The notes under the pieces: model-generated | Databases searched by the model: none | What the model was told of the DNA's origin: nothing | Seen by the model: only the letters and a program-made list of their open reading frames with translations | Position numbers and translations under genes: made by a program | Assembly (NCBI GenBank): GCA_964452225.1 | Contig: CAYVLM010000001.1 | Coordinates: 11,810-44,338 of the forward strand | Source of the DNA: an uncultured Steroidobacteraceae bacterium | GTDB taxonomy: Bacteria > Chloroflexota > Limnocylindria > QHBO01 | Length of the DNA stretch: 32,529 nucleotides | Reading direction: 5' to 3' | Shown: piece by piece, positions 9,770 to 17,888 of the stretch | Layout of the letters: every line of letters starts with the position of its first letter | Position numbering within the stretch: the first letter of the stretch is position 1

Positions 9770-10744
9770 TCATTTCCCCATCACCGACGCCGCATAGGCG
9801 CGGATGGCCGCGATGTACGGCTCCTGGATGTAGCCGCGGCCCTGCTCGATCCCCCAGAAGGTGGCGAACTGCGGTGGTGCCAGGACCTTCGTGACCAGCT
9901 TGGCATTGGCGGCCTCCTGCGCGACCTGCAGGAACGCGGCGATCTTGTCGAGCGGCATGTCGGTCTGCAGCGACTTCAGCGAGCCGAGCAGGTCGATCAG
10001 GTCGATGCCGGCGGTTGGATCGAGCATCCGGTGGATGACGGCGGCCACCAGGAGCTGCTGCCGGGCGTCACGGTCCCAGTCACTGGTGGTGTGGCGGCTG
10101 CGGGCGAATCCCAGCGCCTGGGTGCCGTTGAGGTGCTGCGGACCCGCCTTGATCGAGAAATGGATCGAGGGATCGATGATCGTCTTCGGCACGTTGACGT
10201 CGACACCGCCAATGGAGTCCACCAGCGCGCTGAAGTCGTTCATGCTGATCTCGACGTAATAGTCGATCGGCTGGTTCAGCGTGGCCGCAATGGCCTGCTT
10301 CATGACCTTCTCGCCGTCGAAGTACGCGATGGCGTTGATCTTCAGGCGCCAGGTCGCGCCGTTGCCCAGCGGGATGTCGACGATGTCGCGGGGGAACGAG
10401 ATCAGCGAGACCTTCGATCGAGCGGCGTTCACGCTCATGACGATGATCGCGTCGGTCAGCTTGCCCAGCCCCTGCGCGACCCGGGAGGGAGTCGAGTCGT
10501 TGCCCAGGATGAGCACCGTCACCCGCCTGCCGGCGAACGGGTTCGGCGTGGGGCTGGGCGTCGGCGTGGGGCTCGGGGTTGGGGTCGGGGTCGGGGTCGG
10601 CGTGGGGCTCGGGGTCGGGGTCGGCATGGGTGTCGGGCTGGGCGTCGGCGTCGCCACGAGCGAGCAGGCGCCCAGGCTGATCACGACGGCTCCGATCAGG
10701 CAGAGGGCGCGAAATGACGGCCGGTGCCGCCGGGGTGGTTGCAT
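9770..10744 (-). CDS. LCP (LytR-CpsA-Psr) family cell-envelope glycopolymer transferase, lipoprotein-anchored
   Basis: Lipobox ISLGAC|S and a 38-residue PT linker. LCP core motifs are [27 protein letters not shown] and [25 protein letters not shown]. Confidence 0.88.
   Translation of the reverse strand: MQPPRRHRPSFRALCLIGAVVISLGACSLVATPTPSPTPMPTPTPSPTPTPTPTPTPSPTPTPSPTPNPFAGRRVTVLILGNDSTPSRVAQGLGKLTDAIIVMSVNAARSKVSLISFPRDIVDIPLGNGATWRLKINAIAYFDGEKVMKQAIAATLNQPIDYYVEISMNDFSALVDSIGGVDVNVPKTIIDPSIHFSIKAGPQHLNGTQALGFARSRHTTSDWDRDARQQLLVAAVIHRMLDPTAGIDLIDLLGSLKSLQTDMPLDKIAAFLQVAQEAANAKLVTKVLAPPQFATFWGIEQGRGYIQEPYIAAIRAYAASVMGK
10538..10651 (-). repeat. Low-complexity coding repeat (PT/PS linker of the LCP protein)
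   Basis: Imperfect tandem GGGGTC/GGCGTG hexamers on the + strand encode [38 protein letters not shown]. Confidence 0.9.
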
Positions 10745-10785
10745 CGGGCGGCATGATAGCGGTGCCGGGCTGCTAGGCTCGCGCT

Positions 10786-11199
10786 GTGCGAACCATCGAG
10801 GTCACGGTCGCGAGCGGCGAGCGGCCCTCGATCGTCGACCTGACTGATGCCTGCGCCGGCTTCCTGGCCGACGTCGCGGGTGGCGGGGACGGGATCCTCA
10901 ACGTCTTCGTGCCCCACGCCACGGCCGGGGTGGTCGTGATGGAGCTCGGTGCGGGCAGTGACGCCGACCTGCTCGAGACGCTGTCCACCCTGCTGCCGCG
11001 CGACGACCGCTGGCGGCATCGCCACGGCCCGCGCGGCCACGGCGCCGACCACGTGCTGCCCATCATGGCCCCACCCTCGATCAGCCTGCCCGTGATCGGT
11101 GGGCGGCTGGCGCTGGGCACCTGGCAGTCGGTCGCGCTCGTGGACACCAACACCGAGAAGCGCTCTCGCAGCGTCCGGCTGTCGTTTCTCCCTGGCTGA
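10786..11199 (+). CDS. yjbQ: YjbQ/UPF0047 family protein (secondary thiamine-phosphate synthase-like)
   Basis: The length (137 aa) and the motifs DLT...[21 protein letters not shown] and [10 protein letters not shown] are characteristic of UPF0047. GTG start at 10786. Confidence 0.9.
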   Translation: MRTIEVTVASGERPSIVDLTDACAGFLADVAGGGDGILNVFVPHATAGVVVMELGAGSDADLLETLSTLLPRDDRWRHRHGPRGHGADHVLPIMAPPSISLPVIGGRLALGTWQSVALVDTNTEKRSRSVRLSFLPG

Positions 11200-11202
11200 C
11201 CG

Positions 11203-13284
11203 TCAGGAACCGGCGAGCTGGGCGACCTGGGCGCGAACGGTTGCCGGGTCGTTGGTCGGCGCCTCGCACGCATAGCCACGGCAGACGTAGGCGGTCGCCC
11301 GCCCCCCGCGCGGCCGCTTCCCGGCGAGCACCGGCCACTCGTCCGGGGTGTCCCATGTGTCGCCGGCGGTCGGAGCGCTCACCACCACGAGATCCGGCGC
11401 ATACGGCCCCAGCGCCGCGGATCGCAGGGCCTCGGCGCCCGGATCGTTGGGGCTCGCCCCCGCGATGACCGCGTCAATGGGGTCGCTGAGCGCCCGGTCA
11501 ACCGCGCACAGCATCCGGCCGAAGAGCGTCGGCTGCCGCTCCAGGGCAGGTCCGACGGCGCGCAGGATGCTGCGCGCCCGCCGATCGTGGCTTGGATCGG
11601 CGGTGACGAGGGCCAGTCGCTGCAGCAGATCGGCCGCGACGGCGTTCCCGGAGGGCGTGGCGGCATCGACGAGTGAGCGCGGACGCGCGACGAGGACGTC
11701 GTGCTCCGCCGACGTGTCCCAGAAGGTCCCGGAGCCGGCGTCCCAGAAGTCGGCCACGGCCCGCTCCACGAGCGATTGCGCGAGCAGCAGGTCGTCGACC
11801 CGTCCGCTCGCGGCATGGGCGGCCAGCAGCCCGTCTGCCAGGCAGACGTAGTCCTCCAGGAAGCCTGGCGTGTGGCCGCGCCCGTCCCGGGCCGTGCGCC
11901 AGACTCCGCCGTCGGCGCGCACGAGGACGGTGCGGATGAAGGCGACCAGCCGATCGGCGGCTGCCAGCAGCTCCGGGCGTCCGAGCGCGGCGCCGGCCTC
12001 GGCGAGCGAGCGCAGCAGCAGGCCGTTCCAGGCGGCGAGCTGCTTGCCGTCGCGTGCGGGCCGGACACGCTCCTCGCGCGCCCGGGCCAGCGAGGCACGC
12101 GCGCGCGCGAGCAGCGCCGCCGGCGGCAGCTCGGCTCCGGCGCTGAGGATCGAGCGTCCCTCCCAGTTGCCCTGCGGGGTCACGCCCCAGTGGGCGGCCA
12201 CCGCATCCACCTCCCCGGCGCCAAGACCGTCCGCGGCCAGGACGGATCTGAGCTCTGCATCGGTCCAGGTGTAGAAGCGCCCCTCCTCGCCTTCCGAGTC
12301 CGCGTCGAGCGCGGAGGCATAGCCCCCGTCGGGGGTCTCCAGCTCGCGGACCACGAAGGCGAGGGTCGATTCGACCACCGCCCTGTACTGCTCCTGGCCG
12401 GTGGCACGCCAGGCCTCGAGGTAGGCATGCGCCAGGAGCGCGTTGTCGTAGAGCATCTTCTCGAAGTGCGGCACCAGCCAGCGCGCATCGGTGCTGTAGC
12501 GGGCAAAGCCACCGCCCACCTGGTCGCAGATGCCGCCGTGGGCCATGGCATCCAGGGTCGTGGTGACCATCGCCAGGGTTGCCGGATCGTGCGAGCGACG
12601 CCAGGCCCGCAGCAGGAACTCAAGCACCATCGGGGCCGGGAACTTGGGCGCCGGGCCGAACCCGCCGAATCGCGGGTCGAAGGTGGCGGCCAGGTGCCGG
12701 ACGGCACCCTCCACGATCGTGGTCCCCGGGTCATGGTCCCCCGGCGGCACCGCGAGCTGCTCCCGGAGGTGCGCGGACAGCCGGCTGCCCTGCGCCGTCA
12801 CCTCCCCCCGGCGGGTTCGGTACGCTTCTGCCACCGCGGAGAGCACCCGGCGAAACCCGGGCATCCCGTGCGCGTCCTCCGGTGGGAAGTAGGTCCCGCC
12901 GAAGAACGGGTCGAGATCGGGCGTCAGGAAGACCGACATCGGCCAGCCGCCGGAGCCGGTCATCGCCTGCACCGCGGCCATGTAGATCTCGTCGATGTCG
13001 GGGCGCTCCTCGCGATCGACCTTGATCGAGACGAACTCACGGTTGAGAAGCGCGGCCGTCTCGGCGTCGGTGAACGACTCGCGCTCCATGACGTGGCACC
13101 AGTGGCAGGCCGCGTACCCGACGGAGAGGAAGATCGGGCGGTCCTGTTTCCGGGCGTGCTCGAGCGCCTCGGGGCCCCACGGGTACCAGTCGACCGGGTT
13201 GTGCGCGTGTTGGAGGAGGTACGGGCTCGTCTCACCGGCGAGCCTGTTGGCGGGGATCTCCTCGGCCGGGCCTGGACTGCGCAT
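11203..13284 (-). CDS. Thioredoxin-domain protein of the DUF255/YyaL (SSP411-like) family
   Basis: N-terminal [18 protein letters not shown] and [17 protein letters not shown] (Trx-like CxxC), followed by a long alpha/alpha-barrel-like region typical of the family. Confidence 0.92.
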   Translation of the reverse strand: MRSPGPAEEIPANRLAGETSPYLLQHAHNPVDWYPWGPEALEHARKQDRPIFLSVGYAACHWCHVMERESFTDAETAALLNREFVSIKVDREERPDIDEIYMAAVQAMTGSGGWPMSVFLTPDLDPFFGGTYFPPEDAHGMPGFRRVLSAVAEAYRTRRGEVTAQGSRLSAHLREQLAVPPGDHDPGTTIVEGAVRHLAATFDPRFGGFGPAPKFPAPMVLEFLLRAWRRSHDPATLAMVTTTLDAMAHGGICDQVGGGFARYSTDARWLVPHFEKMLYDNALLAHAYLEAWRATGQEQYRAVVESTLAFVVRELETPDGGYASALDADSEGEEGRFYTWTDAELRSVLAADGLGAGEVDAVAAHWGVTPQGNWEGRSILSAGAELPPAALLARARASLARAREERVRPARDGKQLAAWNGLLLRSLAEAGAALGRPELLAAADRLVAFIRTVLVRADGGVWRTARDGRGHTPGFLEDYVCLADGLLAAHAASGRVDDLLLAQSLVERAVADFWDAGSGTFWDTSAEHDVLVARPRSLVDAATPSGNAVAADLLQRLALVTADPSHDRRARSILRAVGPALERQPTLFGRMLCAVDRALSDPIDAVIAGASPNDPGAEALRSAALGPYAPDLVVVSAPTAGDTWDTPDEWPVLAGKRPRGGRATAYVCRGYACEAPTNDPATVRAQVAQLAGS

Positions 13285-13335
13285 GCAGCAAAGTGTGGCA
13301 AACCCGTGCCCGCGGGTCGACCCCCGCCCCGGAGC

Positions 13336-14112
13336 TCAACCCCCCGGCATGGTCCTCGACGACGCCTGGAACGCCGTGGCGCCGAGCGACGACGGCTGTC
13401 CCGGCCCGTTGCAGGGTGGAACGAGGATCCCGCCCGTGGCAGGCGTCAGCGGGACGTCGGTGCTGTCCCCGGGCAGGCGGAGGGTCATGGAGAGCGGTGA
13501 TCTCGGCGTCGACTGGCACCAGTTGCTCCAGTGGATGCCCATCTCGATCACGACCCTGGACATCACCACGACGGTGGTCCGGGGAGCGGTCGCCGTCGCC
13601 ACCACGTTCCCGTTGGCGTCCCGCAGCTCCAGCGTCGCGCTTCCGTCGATCGTGCAGCGGTTCAGCGAGGTGACGCCGCGGGCCAGCACCGTGGTCCCGG
13701 TCGAGCCGGCGGCGCCACCCCAGGCATCGGTCGACCACGCGAGGTCCGCGGCACGGCAGGCCGACGTCGCCGCGGCGCTCGGTGGAGTCGTCGGGGTGGC
13801 CGCAACGGTTGCCACCTGCGACGACGCAGCGGTCGACGCGGGGGCCGACACGGCGGCCGACGGCGAGGGCCCTCCCGTGCCCGCACCGGCCGGGCTCCCC
13901 CCGCCACGCACCAGCATCACGGCCACCGCCGTCCCGGCCACCACGGCGGCCGACAGCGCCGCCAGGCGACCGATCCGCAGCAGCGTCCGCCCCCCACCCT
14001 CGAGTCCTCGGTGCGCCCGGTCAAGGGCCGCAGGCAACCGCCGCGGCAGGTAGCCCTCCTCGCGGGGTCCTGACACCCGGAGCAGGTCTTCGAGACGATC
14101 GTGGTCATTCAT
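13336..14112 (-). CDS. Putative membrane anti-sigma factor with extracytoplasmic DUF4232-like Cys-containing domain
   Basis: ATGA overlap with the ECF sigma gene. It has a roughly 40-aa cytoplasmic head, one TM helix (LAALSAAVVAGTAVAVMLV), an Ala/Ser/Thr/Pro linker, then C..ADL...NRC.IDG...L.L.D.NG...C...PPC, the pattern seen in DUF4232. The longer ORF to 14469 is rejected because it overlaps the sigma gene and is Arg-rich. Confidence 0.65.
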   Translation of the reverse strand: MNDHDRLEDLLRVSGPREEGYLPRRLPAALDRAHRGLEGGGRTLLRIGRLAALSAAVVAGTAVAVMLVRGGGSPAGAGTGGPSPSAAVSAPASTAASSQVATVAATPTTPPSAAATSACRAADLAWSTDAWGGAAGSTGTTVLARGVTSLNRCTIDGSATLELRDANGNVVATATAPRTTVVVMSRVVIEMGIHWSNWCQSTPRSPLSMTLRLPGDSTDVPLTPATGGILVPPCNGPGQPSSLGATAFQASSRTMPGG

Positions 14113-14657
14113 CGGAATCCCTCCTCGCCGAGCTCGTCCCGCAGGGTGTCGAGAGCCCGACTCACGTGGCTTCGGGCCGACACGGGGGCGATGCCCAGCA
14201 CGGCGCCGATCTCCCCGTAGGGGAGGTCGGCTCGATAGCGCAGGTAGACGGCGAGCCGCTGCCGCTCCGGCAGGCGCTCGACCGCGTCCCACACCGCGAT
14301 CGCGGCGTCGCGGTCGACCCGGGTCGTCTCCGGCCCGGGGGCCAGCCGCGCGGCGAGCCCCTGGACTCGCCGGCGCCAGCGATGCTGGTCCATGCAGATC
14401 CGGTAGAGCGTCCGGAAGAGCCACGGCTCGGGACTGCTCACCGTCGCGCCGGCGTCCAGGGCCGCCCACAGGCGAAGGAGCGCTTCCTGCGTCGCGTCGC
14501 TCGCCTCCTCCGGTGCAAGACCAAGGTGGCGCGCGAAGCCGTACATCTCGGCACCCCGCCGCTCATGCAGGTCGGCGACGGTCGCACGATCGGCGTCCGT
14601 CGTCGCCTCGGCCCGTCTCGGGAGCTCGGCGCGCAGGGTCTCGGGTGTGGTCATCAC
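14109..14657 (-). CDS. ECF-type RNA polymerase sigma-70 family factor
   Basis: Region 2 (ATQEALLRLW..., LFRTLYRICMDQHRWRRR) and region 4 HTH (PERQRLAVYLRYRADLPYGEIGAVLGIAPVSARSHVSRAL). Confidence 0.9.
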   Translation of the reverse strand: MMTTPETLRAELPRRAEATTDADRATVADLHERRGAEMYGFARHLGLAPEEASDATQEALLRLWAALDAGATVSSPEPWLFRTLYRICMDQHRWRRRVQGLAARLAPGPETTRVDRDAAIAVWDAVERLPERQRLAVYLRYRADLPYGEIGAVLGIAPVSARSHVSRALDTLRDELGEEGFR

Positions 14658-14714
14658 ATGGGCATCGACGCCCGGGCGGAACGAAACGTTGAACGATCCG
14701 CCGCCAGGGCCGCG

Positions 14715-16628
14715 CTACAGCCCGATGCCCGCCTCCTTCTCGGCGCTCACCGCCTCCGCGACCAGGAACTGCTGCTGGTAGAGGCGGGCGTAGAGGCCCT
14801 CGTGGTGCAGCAGCTCGGCATGGGTTCCCCGCTCCACGATCCGTCCGCGCTCGAAGACGCAGATGAGGTCGGCACGGAGGATCGTGGAGAGCCGATGTGC
14901 GATGGCGATGGTGGTGCGGCCCTCCATCAGGCGCGCCAGGGCGCCCTGGATCAGGCGCTCGCTGACCGTGTCGAGGGCCGAGGTCGCCTCGTCGAGGATC
15001 AGGATGCGCGGATTCTTGAGGAGGACGCGGGCGATGGCGATTCGCTGCTTCTCTCCGCCGGACAGCTTGTAGCCGCGCTCACCGACGACCGTCTCGTATC
15101 CGTCGGGCAGCTCGAGCACCCGGTCATGGATCGCGGCAGCGCGGGCCGCCGCCTCGATCTCCGCCATCGTCGCGTCGGGCCGGGCGTAGCGCAGGTTCTC
15201 CAGGACCGTGTTGTGGAAGAGGTACGTCTCCTGGGTGACGACGCCGACCTCCCGGCCGAGCGACTCCAGCCGGATTCCACGCACGTCGATGCCGTCGATC
15301 AGGACGGCGCCGGCGGTGACGTCGTAGAGGCGCGGGATCAGGTACGTCGTCGTGGTCTTGCCGGCCCCCGAGGGGCCCACCAGGGCGACCAGCTGGCCGG
15401 GGGCCGCGGTGAACTCGATCTCGTCGAGCTCGAACGGGCGGATCGCCACCTCCGTGCGGTCGCCCCCGGCCGCCGCGGCGCGAGCCGCCAGCTGCGTGGC
15501 GCTGGCCGGATAGCTGAAGCGGACCCGATCGAAGCGGACCGCGCCACGGAGCGTGCCGGGCTCGAGGGTCACCGCCCCCGGCGCATCGGTGATCTCGTGC
15601 GGCATCTCGAGGTACTCGAAGATCCGGTCGAAGAGCGCCAGCGCACCCTGGATCTCGATCTGGACGTTCAGCATCTGGCCCAGGGGGAAGAAGATCCGGC
15701 TCTGGAGCGTGGTGAAGGCCACGATGGTGCCGATGCTGATGCGCGTGTCGCCACCGATGATCAGCGTGCCGGCCAGCATGTAGACGAGGGCCGGCATGAT
15801 CGAGAAGAACGTCCCGATCAGGGCGAAGAACCAGCGGCCGAGCATCTGCTGCCGGATCTGGAGCCCCGACAGCCGAGCCGACTCCGCGGTGAAGCGGTCG
15901 ATGGAGGTCCGCTGCTGGCCGAATGTCTTCGAGAGCAGGATCCCCGAGACGGAGAGCGACTCCTCGGTGATGGCGCTCACCTCGGCAAGCGACTCCTGGG
16001 TCAGGGTCGACAGCCGCCGGCGGACCCTGCCGACCCGGTACGTGATGAAGGCGAACACCGGCAGCATTCCCATCGAGAGGGCGGTGAGCCGCCAGTCCAG
16101 GACGAGCATGGCGATCACCGTGCTGACCACCGTCGCCAGGTTCGCGAGCAGCCCCGAGGCCGTGTCGGTCAGCACCGACTGCACGCCGTTCACGTCGTTG
16201 CCGATGCGGCTCTGGATCTCGCCGGTGCGCGTCTCGGTGAAGAACCGGAGCGGCATCCACTGCAGGTGGCTGTAGAGCGCCACCCGCAGGTCGTTCATGA
16301 CGCTCTGCCCAACGTAGTTCGAGAGGAACGACTGCCCGACGCCGATGAGGCTGGAGATGACCGGCAGGACGATCATCAGGCCGGTCTCCAGGTAGAGCAC
16401 GCCAAGGTCGCGCGGCCCGGTGAGGTCGTCGATGACGAGCTTGAGCAGGATCGGGTTGATGACGCCGATGCCGCTCGTCACGAGGATCGCGATCGCGATC
16501 ACCGCCAGCCGGCCGCGGTACGGCGCGAAGAACCCCACGATACGGGCCAGGGTCCGCCGACCGCTCCCCGGCCGTCGCTGGAGGTTGGGTTCCGGGCCGC
16601 CCCAGTGCCCCCGGCGGCCGCGCGTCAT
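14715..16628 (-). CDS. ABC exporter, fused permease/ATPase (MsbA/multidrug type)
   Basis: Six-TM N-terminal half. Walker A GPSGAGKTT, signature LSGGEKQRIAIAR, Walker B ILILDEATSALD and H-loop IAHRL. Confidence 0.93.
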   Translation of the reverse strand: MTRGRRGHWGGPEPNLQRRPGSGRRTLARIVGFFAPYRGRLAVIAIAILVTSGIGVINPILLKLVIDDLTGPRDLGVLYLETGLMIVLPVISSLIGVGQSFLSNYVGQSVMNDLRVALYSHLQWMPLRFFTETRTGEIQSRIGNDVNGVQSVLTDTASGLLANLATVVSTVIAMLVLDWRLTALSMGMLPVFAFITYRVGRVRRRLSTLTQESLAEVSAITEESLSVSGILLSKTFGQQRTSIDRFTAESARLSGLQIRQQMLGRWFFALIGTFFSIMPALVYMLAGTLIIGGDTRISIGTIVAFTTLQSRIFFPLGQMLNVQIEIQGALALFDRIFEYLEMPHEITDAPGAVTLEPGTLRGAVRFDRVRFSYPASATQLAARAAAAGGDRTEVAIRPFELDEIEFTAAPGQLVALVGPSGAGKTTTTYLIPRLYDVTAGAVLIDGIDVRGIRLESLGREVGVVTQETYLFHNTVLENLRYARPDATMAEIEAAARAAAIHDRVLELPDGYETVVGERGYKLSGGEKQRIAIARVLLKNPRILILDEATSALDTVSERLIQGALARLMEGRTTIAIAHRLSTILRADLICVFERGRIVERGTHAELLHHEGLYARLYQQQFLVAEAVSAEKEAGIGL

Positions 16629-16643
16629 CGCGACACCATCGGC

Positions 16644-17384
16644 TCAGGCGAGCAGGATCGAGAGGAATGCCTGGGCAGCCTCCAGCCCGACCTCGGCCCC
16701 CGCCTCGCGGACCCGATCCCGCACCCGCTGCTCGGTCGCGTCCCAGTCGGGAAGCTGGCTCGCGTGGCAGCGCAGCGCTCGGAGCGCGACGTCGAGCCGG
16801 TCGGCGACGTCAACCCACAGGTTCGGGTGGTCCGCCCCCGTGATGAGCACCTGGCGGACCTTCCACGGCTCGAGGCCCTCGTCCAGCAGCTCGGGGAAGT
16901 TCAGCCGGTCGCGGGCCGCGGGGTACACGGCGGCCATCGTCGCCTCCCCCGTCGCCAGGTGGTCGGGGTGCGCCATGAACGGGTTGCCGTCGACGCGGCG
17001 CTGGGGGTTCTGGGCAATCACCAGGTCCGGGCGGTACCGGCGGATCTGACGGACGATGTCGCGCCGGAGGTCGAGCGACGGGGTCAGGTAGCCGTCCGGG
17101 TAGCCGAAATGCACGATCTCGCGGACGCCGAGCACGTCGGCGGCCGCGCGCTGCTCGGCGATCCGGGTGGCGGCGAGCATCGCGGGAGTGACCGCGGGAT
17201 CGTCGGTGCCCTTGCTGCCGTCCGTCGTGACGACGTAGTCGACGCGGGCCCCGAGTCCCACGAGGTGCGCGATCGTGGCGGCTGCTCCGAACTCGGCATC
17301 GTCGGGATGGCTGAAGATGGCGAGCACGCGCTCGATGGGCTCGATCAGTGTCTGGCGCTCGGACTCGGTCATGTGGTTGCGCAT
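16644..17384 (-). CDS. PIG-L (LmbE-like) family deacetylase, second paralogue
   Basis: VLAIFSHPDDAEFGAA and HPDHLATGEA motifs. Start is uncertain: ATG 17384 or 17372 is preferred over the longest ORF (17456), which would leave only 13 nt before divergent csoR. Confidence 0.8.
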   Translation of the reverse strand: MRNHMTESERQTLIEPIERVLAIFSHPDDAEFGAAATIAHLVGLGARVDYVVTTDGSKGTDDPAVTPAMLAATRIAEQRAAADVLGVREIVHFGYPDGYLTPSLDLRRDIVRQIRRYRPDLVIAQNPQRRVDGNPFMAHPDHLATGEATMAAVYPAARDRLNFPELLDEGLEPWKVRQVLITGADHPNLWVDVADRLDVALRALRCHASQLPDWDATEQRVRDRVREAGAEVGLEAAQAFLSILLA

Positions 17385-17430
17385 GGTATCGCGATCCACG
17401 CGGGCGAGCGCACCCGGAGCCTTCGCAGCG

Positions 17431-17459
17431 TTGACCGTCGTCCGGGCGCGCCGCATACT
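17431..17459 (+). promoter_or_regulatory. Candidate promoter TTGACC-N17-CATACT for a leaderless or near-leaderless csoR transcript
   Basis: The -35 TTGACC is at 17431-17436, the spacer is 17 nt, and the -10 CATACT is at 17454-17459. The csoR ATG lies 10 nt downstream and no SD is present. Confidence 0.4.
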
Positions 17460-17470
17460 ACCCCCGGGTA
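17459..17470. promoter_or_regulatory. CsoR-type operator-like GC-rich pseudo-palindrome TACCC-CC-GGGTA
   Basis: TACCCCCGGGTA lies between the candidate -10 and the csoR ATG. It has the same TACCC...GGGTA architecture as described CsoR operators. Confidence 0.45.
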
Positions 17471-17868
17471 TGCAACCAGCCGATGAGCGAGCGCTCCACT
17501 TCCGCCACAGCTACACGAAGGACCGCCGCGACCTCCTGAACCGCCTCAAGCGGATCGAGGGCCAGGTCCGCGGCATCCGCCGCCTGGTCGAGGGTGAGGC
17601 GTACTGCCTGGACATCCTCCAGCAGGTCGAGGCAATGACGGCGGCCGCCGACCAGGTCGGGCTCCTGCTGCTCGAGGACCACATCGACGGCTGTCTCGCC
17701 CACGCGGTCGCCACGGGGGAGGGGGAGCCCTACCTCAAGGAGGTCATGGCCGTCGTGCGGCGTGCCATGGGACGGCGGCCGGGTCGCCGCGCGTCGGGTC
17801 GGGCAAGAGGAGGGGAAACTGATGGGAGTGCCGCAGGGGGGAACCACGGCACTCCCACGGCAGTGTAG
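17470..17868 (+). CDS. csoR: CsoR/RcnR-family metal-sensing transcriptional repressor, Cu(I)-type ligand set
   Basis: DLLNRLKRIEGQVRGIRRLVEGEAYCLDILQQV...EDHIDGC. The C...H-x3-C fingerprint matches Cu-sensing CsoR. A basic, Gly-rich C-terminal tail is atypical. Confidence 0.88.
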   Translation: MQPADERALHFRHSYTKDRRDLLNRLKRIEGQVRGIRRLVEGEAYCLDILQQVEAMTAAADQVGLLLLEDHIDGCLAHAVATGEGEPYLKEVMAVVRRAMGRRPGRRASGRARGGETDGSAAGGNHGTPTAV

Positions 17869-17888
17869 GCATTCTGGCGCTCGGCTGC

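Noticed and set aside
10538-10651. Short GGGGTC/GGCGTG tandem repeats, considered as a possible CRISPR array or other non-coding repeat array
   Set aside because: The units are 6 nt with no spacers. They lie inside a well-supported LCP CDS and translate to a PT linker.
6167-13500. Several 350-600-aa + strand ORFs (6167-7486, 8094-9281, 11701-13500, 12995-14053)
   Set aside because: All lie antisense to motif-bearing minus-strand genes (mrp, add, DUF255, anti-sigma). Their products are Arg/Gly/Pro-rich without motifs.
13782-17486. 1234-aa ORF on the + strand, the longest in the window
   Set aside because: It lies antisense to four minus-strand genes that carry unmistakable motifs (ECF sigma regions 2 and 4, ABC Walker A/signature/Walker B, PIG-L HPDD). 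Its product is an Arg/Gly/Asp/Pro-rich string with no motif. This is the typical stop-codon-poor shadow frame of a 70% GC genome.
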